64,000 nt of DNA from Convolutriloba macropyga (lineage: Eukaryota), in assembly GCF_964194025.1 (NCBI RefSeq), contig NC_134470.1, forward strand, positions 77,438,001 to 77,502,000. The letters run 5' to 3'. The translations under genes and the position numbers were made by a program. The notes under the pieces were generated by a model, which did not search any database, was not told where the DNA came from, and saw only the letters and a list, made by a program, of their open reading frames with translations. Positions within the stretch are counted from its first letter, which is position 1, and each line of letters begins with the position of its first letter. Shown here piece by piece: positions 60,899 to 64,000 of this stretch.

Positions 60899-63800
60899 AA
60901 GCCCGACTAGCTTTGAATATATAAAAAAAATTCTTTTGAATTTGTTTTTTTTCTGTAGTTAACAAAACTTTATTTTTATCTTTCGATTTTGGTGGATTTT
61001 TTTGGAGGAGCGCTGCACGCAGTGTTTATCGCAAATCTCGCTTTTATTTATTTTTTCTTGTAAAGGTTTCTGGTGATCTCTGCGTTTTGTTATTTTTCTC
61101 TCTGTACAAAGAACGTTTCCCGAAAAGGTTCAAAAATGTTATTAAGGTTCAAATCAGTTCCCTCAGCTGGTTTCAAGCATAACAAAATTTTTACCTGAAA
61201 AAGTGTTGAAAAGTCTGACAAACGATTTTTTAGAGGAAAATCCCTAGCAAAAGTCCTTGTTTTCAAACAAAGTGTTTGTGTTACATTGCAAGTTTAACTG
61301 TTGGTTGCTTTTAGTTTATAAATTAAGAATAGATCAGAATAGAGTTTTGTTAAAAAATGGAATGAAAACGGAATATCAAATAATCATTTTTACACTTTTA
61401 CATGCAAAAATTCTAAATCGCACGCATTTGTGGAATAAACATGTTCATGAGATTAAGGCTATGCCGATTGATAATCGCAATGAAATTGGGGAGAAATTTG
61501 GACTACCATTGAAATTGCTACTCGTAATGACCTAATAGGGTGTTTTTATCAGTGAAAAAGCAAAATGAAAAAAATGCTTTACATAAATAGCAAGTTTGTT
61601 TTCTTTCATTTTAGTTTTCCGTAGTTAATGACTGACTGAAATTTTAAAGCAGAATTTAAAAATGGATACTTGACTCTTCATTTATTAAGATCCAATTTTT
61701 TGTTGATTGAGTTTCTCCCAAACCTTATCGAAACTCTCTTTCGTGTTAAAAGTAAAGTTCCTCAGAAAGAAATTCGAATGTAATTTGGGTTTCTTGGTCC
61801 AGACCTTTAAAAAATCGAAGAAGTTCAATATTACAAAGTTACAATACTAAGTGATTTCAGTTGAAAGCATTTTTCATTCATACATCAATTATTTTTCGAC
61901 CATTTGAGTTTTTGAAAGTTTTCTATCTCTTCCTCATTTGGTAGAAGATAACTGAGCGGGGTCGGAACATTTCGTGCAAACGCACATTATCGAACCTCCT
62001 TGTTTTCTTTAAAGTTTGTGCTGAGACATCGCTAAGACATCATCTCTTTTATGAAGAACAATTGCTTTAAATTGTGTTAACTTTTTTTCTGATGCTCAAA
62101 ATATTTAGTCTTCTGCTCCATATCTTTAGAAATGTGTTTTTTGAGCTACTTACCTTGATGAGAAACTATTTCGCTAGTTTTTCAAATAGTGTTAATTCGT
62201 TCCAGTTCTATGATACAGTTTGAGCACAATCTTCCCGAGAAATAATTAGCACTGCACGCAGAGTTCATTTTAAAGTCCCACTTTTTTTTAAATTTTCTTG
62301 TAAAGTTTTCTGTTGATCTCTGCTTTTTATTTTTTCTCTCTAAATTTAACATGTACATTGAACTTATCTTTCTTTGGTTAAATTTTACCCTTGAAACCAG
62401 ATCTGAATTATTGCCCTTACAATGATGCCTTCGCAAAATTGCCATCACTTTCAATTCCTTATTTTAATGATAGCTTTCACCTGTTTCTCAAAAAAGTTTC
62501 GCGCCTGTCAGTTCTTGTTTTTGACATTTTTCCAGGGGGGCTTTTGTTGTTTCTTAATCCGAATTGATTATTTGTCAAAAATTATAATTAAGCGCTTAAC
62601 CGGTTTAGTAAGATTGGTTCATAATTACCTAATTTAGAGTCCGGTATCAGATATAATTGAAAATTTAATTGATCGCCAAAATTATATTGAGAGCCGTTTT
62701 CACAAAAATAGGGACTTCTATTCAGTTTAAAAACCGACCAAATTCAGCTTCGCCAGAAATTACAAGTTATAACTTCAAGTTTGGTTTATCACTGCGCGAA
62801 ATTTCTTAAGTAAAGTTGTCCTCTGTTTTCCAGAATTTTAGAAGCTTCCTTAATTTAACTTGAGATTTGGGATTTGACGTTGCTTTTACGTTCCCCTTTT
62901 TAAAGTTCTGCTTGATACTTTCGGGGGAAAATTGTAGATTGAAAGTGACAGTCTGAAGCTAACTTGGTTATCAATCTTTGTTTGCAATATTTATAACTAG
63001 GCAGGTTATGATAAAGTTATAAATCAGTCCAGTAGTCTCAATATTAATATCAAGGTGAACTTGAGTTTATTTTCCCTCTTGTATTTTATCACTGCAATCT
63101 GAAATGTCATTTTGATTGCGTATGAACAATTTTAAACTTGTTTACGTTGTTTATTATGCAATCAAAAAGGTGGAGTCAATTTTGGTTTCACTCAAGTTTA
63201 GTTTATTTCCCCCCTTAATTTTGGGAGGAACATTTGGATTCGATCAGATTTTCTATCACAGCATTTTATAACTCATTTTCTGATAACTTTGAGGTTAATT
63301 ATTAATATTATCCATAAGGTGACAATGTAAAGCAGACAGAGAAAATTCAGCAAAGTTATTTCCAGCTCCAGAAAAAGAGAATTAAGTCCCTGAAGTAAAA
63401 AATAGAATTTGAATATTTAGCAGAATCTTATTTATTTTAGCACAGTCCTGTTTGAAAGATTCGCAAAATGGCGGATTTAGATTTAGAAACAGTTTTCTCC
63501 GGTCGCTTTCGTGTTTGTTTATTTTTGACTTTTTGTAAATTGTTTGTTGGACTTACCGTCTGTTTTTATTACAGGTTGTTCAAACGTGACACTAAAGTGA
63601 ACACAGGTGAGTGGAATCTGTTTATCCTGTTTATCCTTGTCCTTTTTGGGTTTCAAGACTCTTAAGATCAGACAAATAAGATTAATTAGCAACTTGGCTA
63701 TTGTCCGATGTAATAGTTCTGGCGCCGAGATCTAAGCTGAAGATTATCAACTAATACTTGCGGCGCTTTAACTTTATTTATTTTTGGTGCTATTTTGCAT

Positions 63801-64000
63801 AGCTCTGCTTTCTAAATTGCCTGTTTCTTTTTCACAATTTCAGCCTTGACGAAAGTTTTCATTAGAATTCACCCAACTTTCCAAATCTATTTGCGGATAA
63901 GGAGGTTTATACCGGCTAGACTTTTTTGTTAAGCCAATTTTGGCCGATCGGTACCTTTTTGCGGACAGACCGAAAATTGGTATAATTTAAAAGCTCTGGA

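Noticed and set aside
60899-64000. Host gene or intact element in the last 3 kb
   Set aside because: Only short ORFs without motifs. A weak internal similarity (61010-61110 vs 62250-62350) suggests decayed repeats but is too eroded to classify.

Overview
Eukaryotic, AT-rich, repeat-dense genomic DNA, most likely from an invertebrate animal; there are two assembly gaps. The only host gene I can support is the 5' end of a minus-strand kinesin (kinesin-1-like). Exon 1 lies at 17090-16983 and exon 2 at 111-<1. They are separated by a 16.9-kb intron holding (i) a fold-back transposon whose 15-bp subterminal repeat has expanded into a 3.8-kb satellite, (ii) a structurally complete but pol-less 7.75-kb LTR retroelement (TAGTC TSD, tRNA-Asn-like PBS, PPT) and (iii) several MITEs. 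19.9-38.6 kb is a graveyard of degenerate CR1/L2-type LINE fragments, parts of which have been amplified as ~2-kb and ~205-bp tandem repeats. 38603-58522 is a full-length but pseudogenised Polinton/Maverick endogenous virus with ~160-bp TIRs starting AGTAGTAGT and a 6-bp TSD GGCTTG/GGTTTG. It carries packaging ATPase, integrase, minor and major capsid, adenain-like protease and pPolB. Its most interesting features are accessory: a Maelstrom/arenavirus-NP-like nuclease, a PC4-like ssDNA-binding gene coupled to a small HUH-motif gene, a GC-rich hairpin inside each TIR, and two apparent spliceosomal introns in pPolB. All homology calls are motif recognition by eye; no searches were run.
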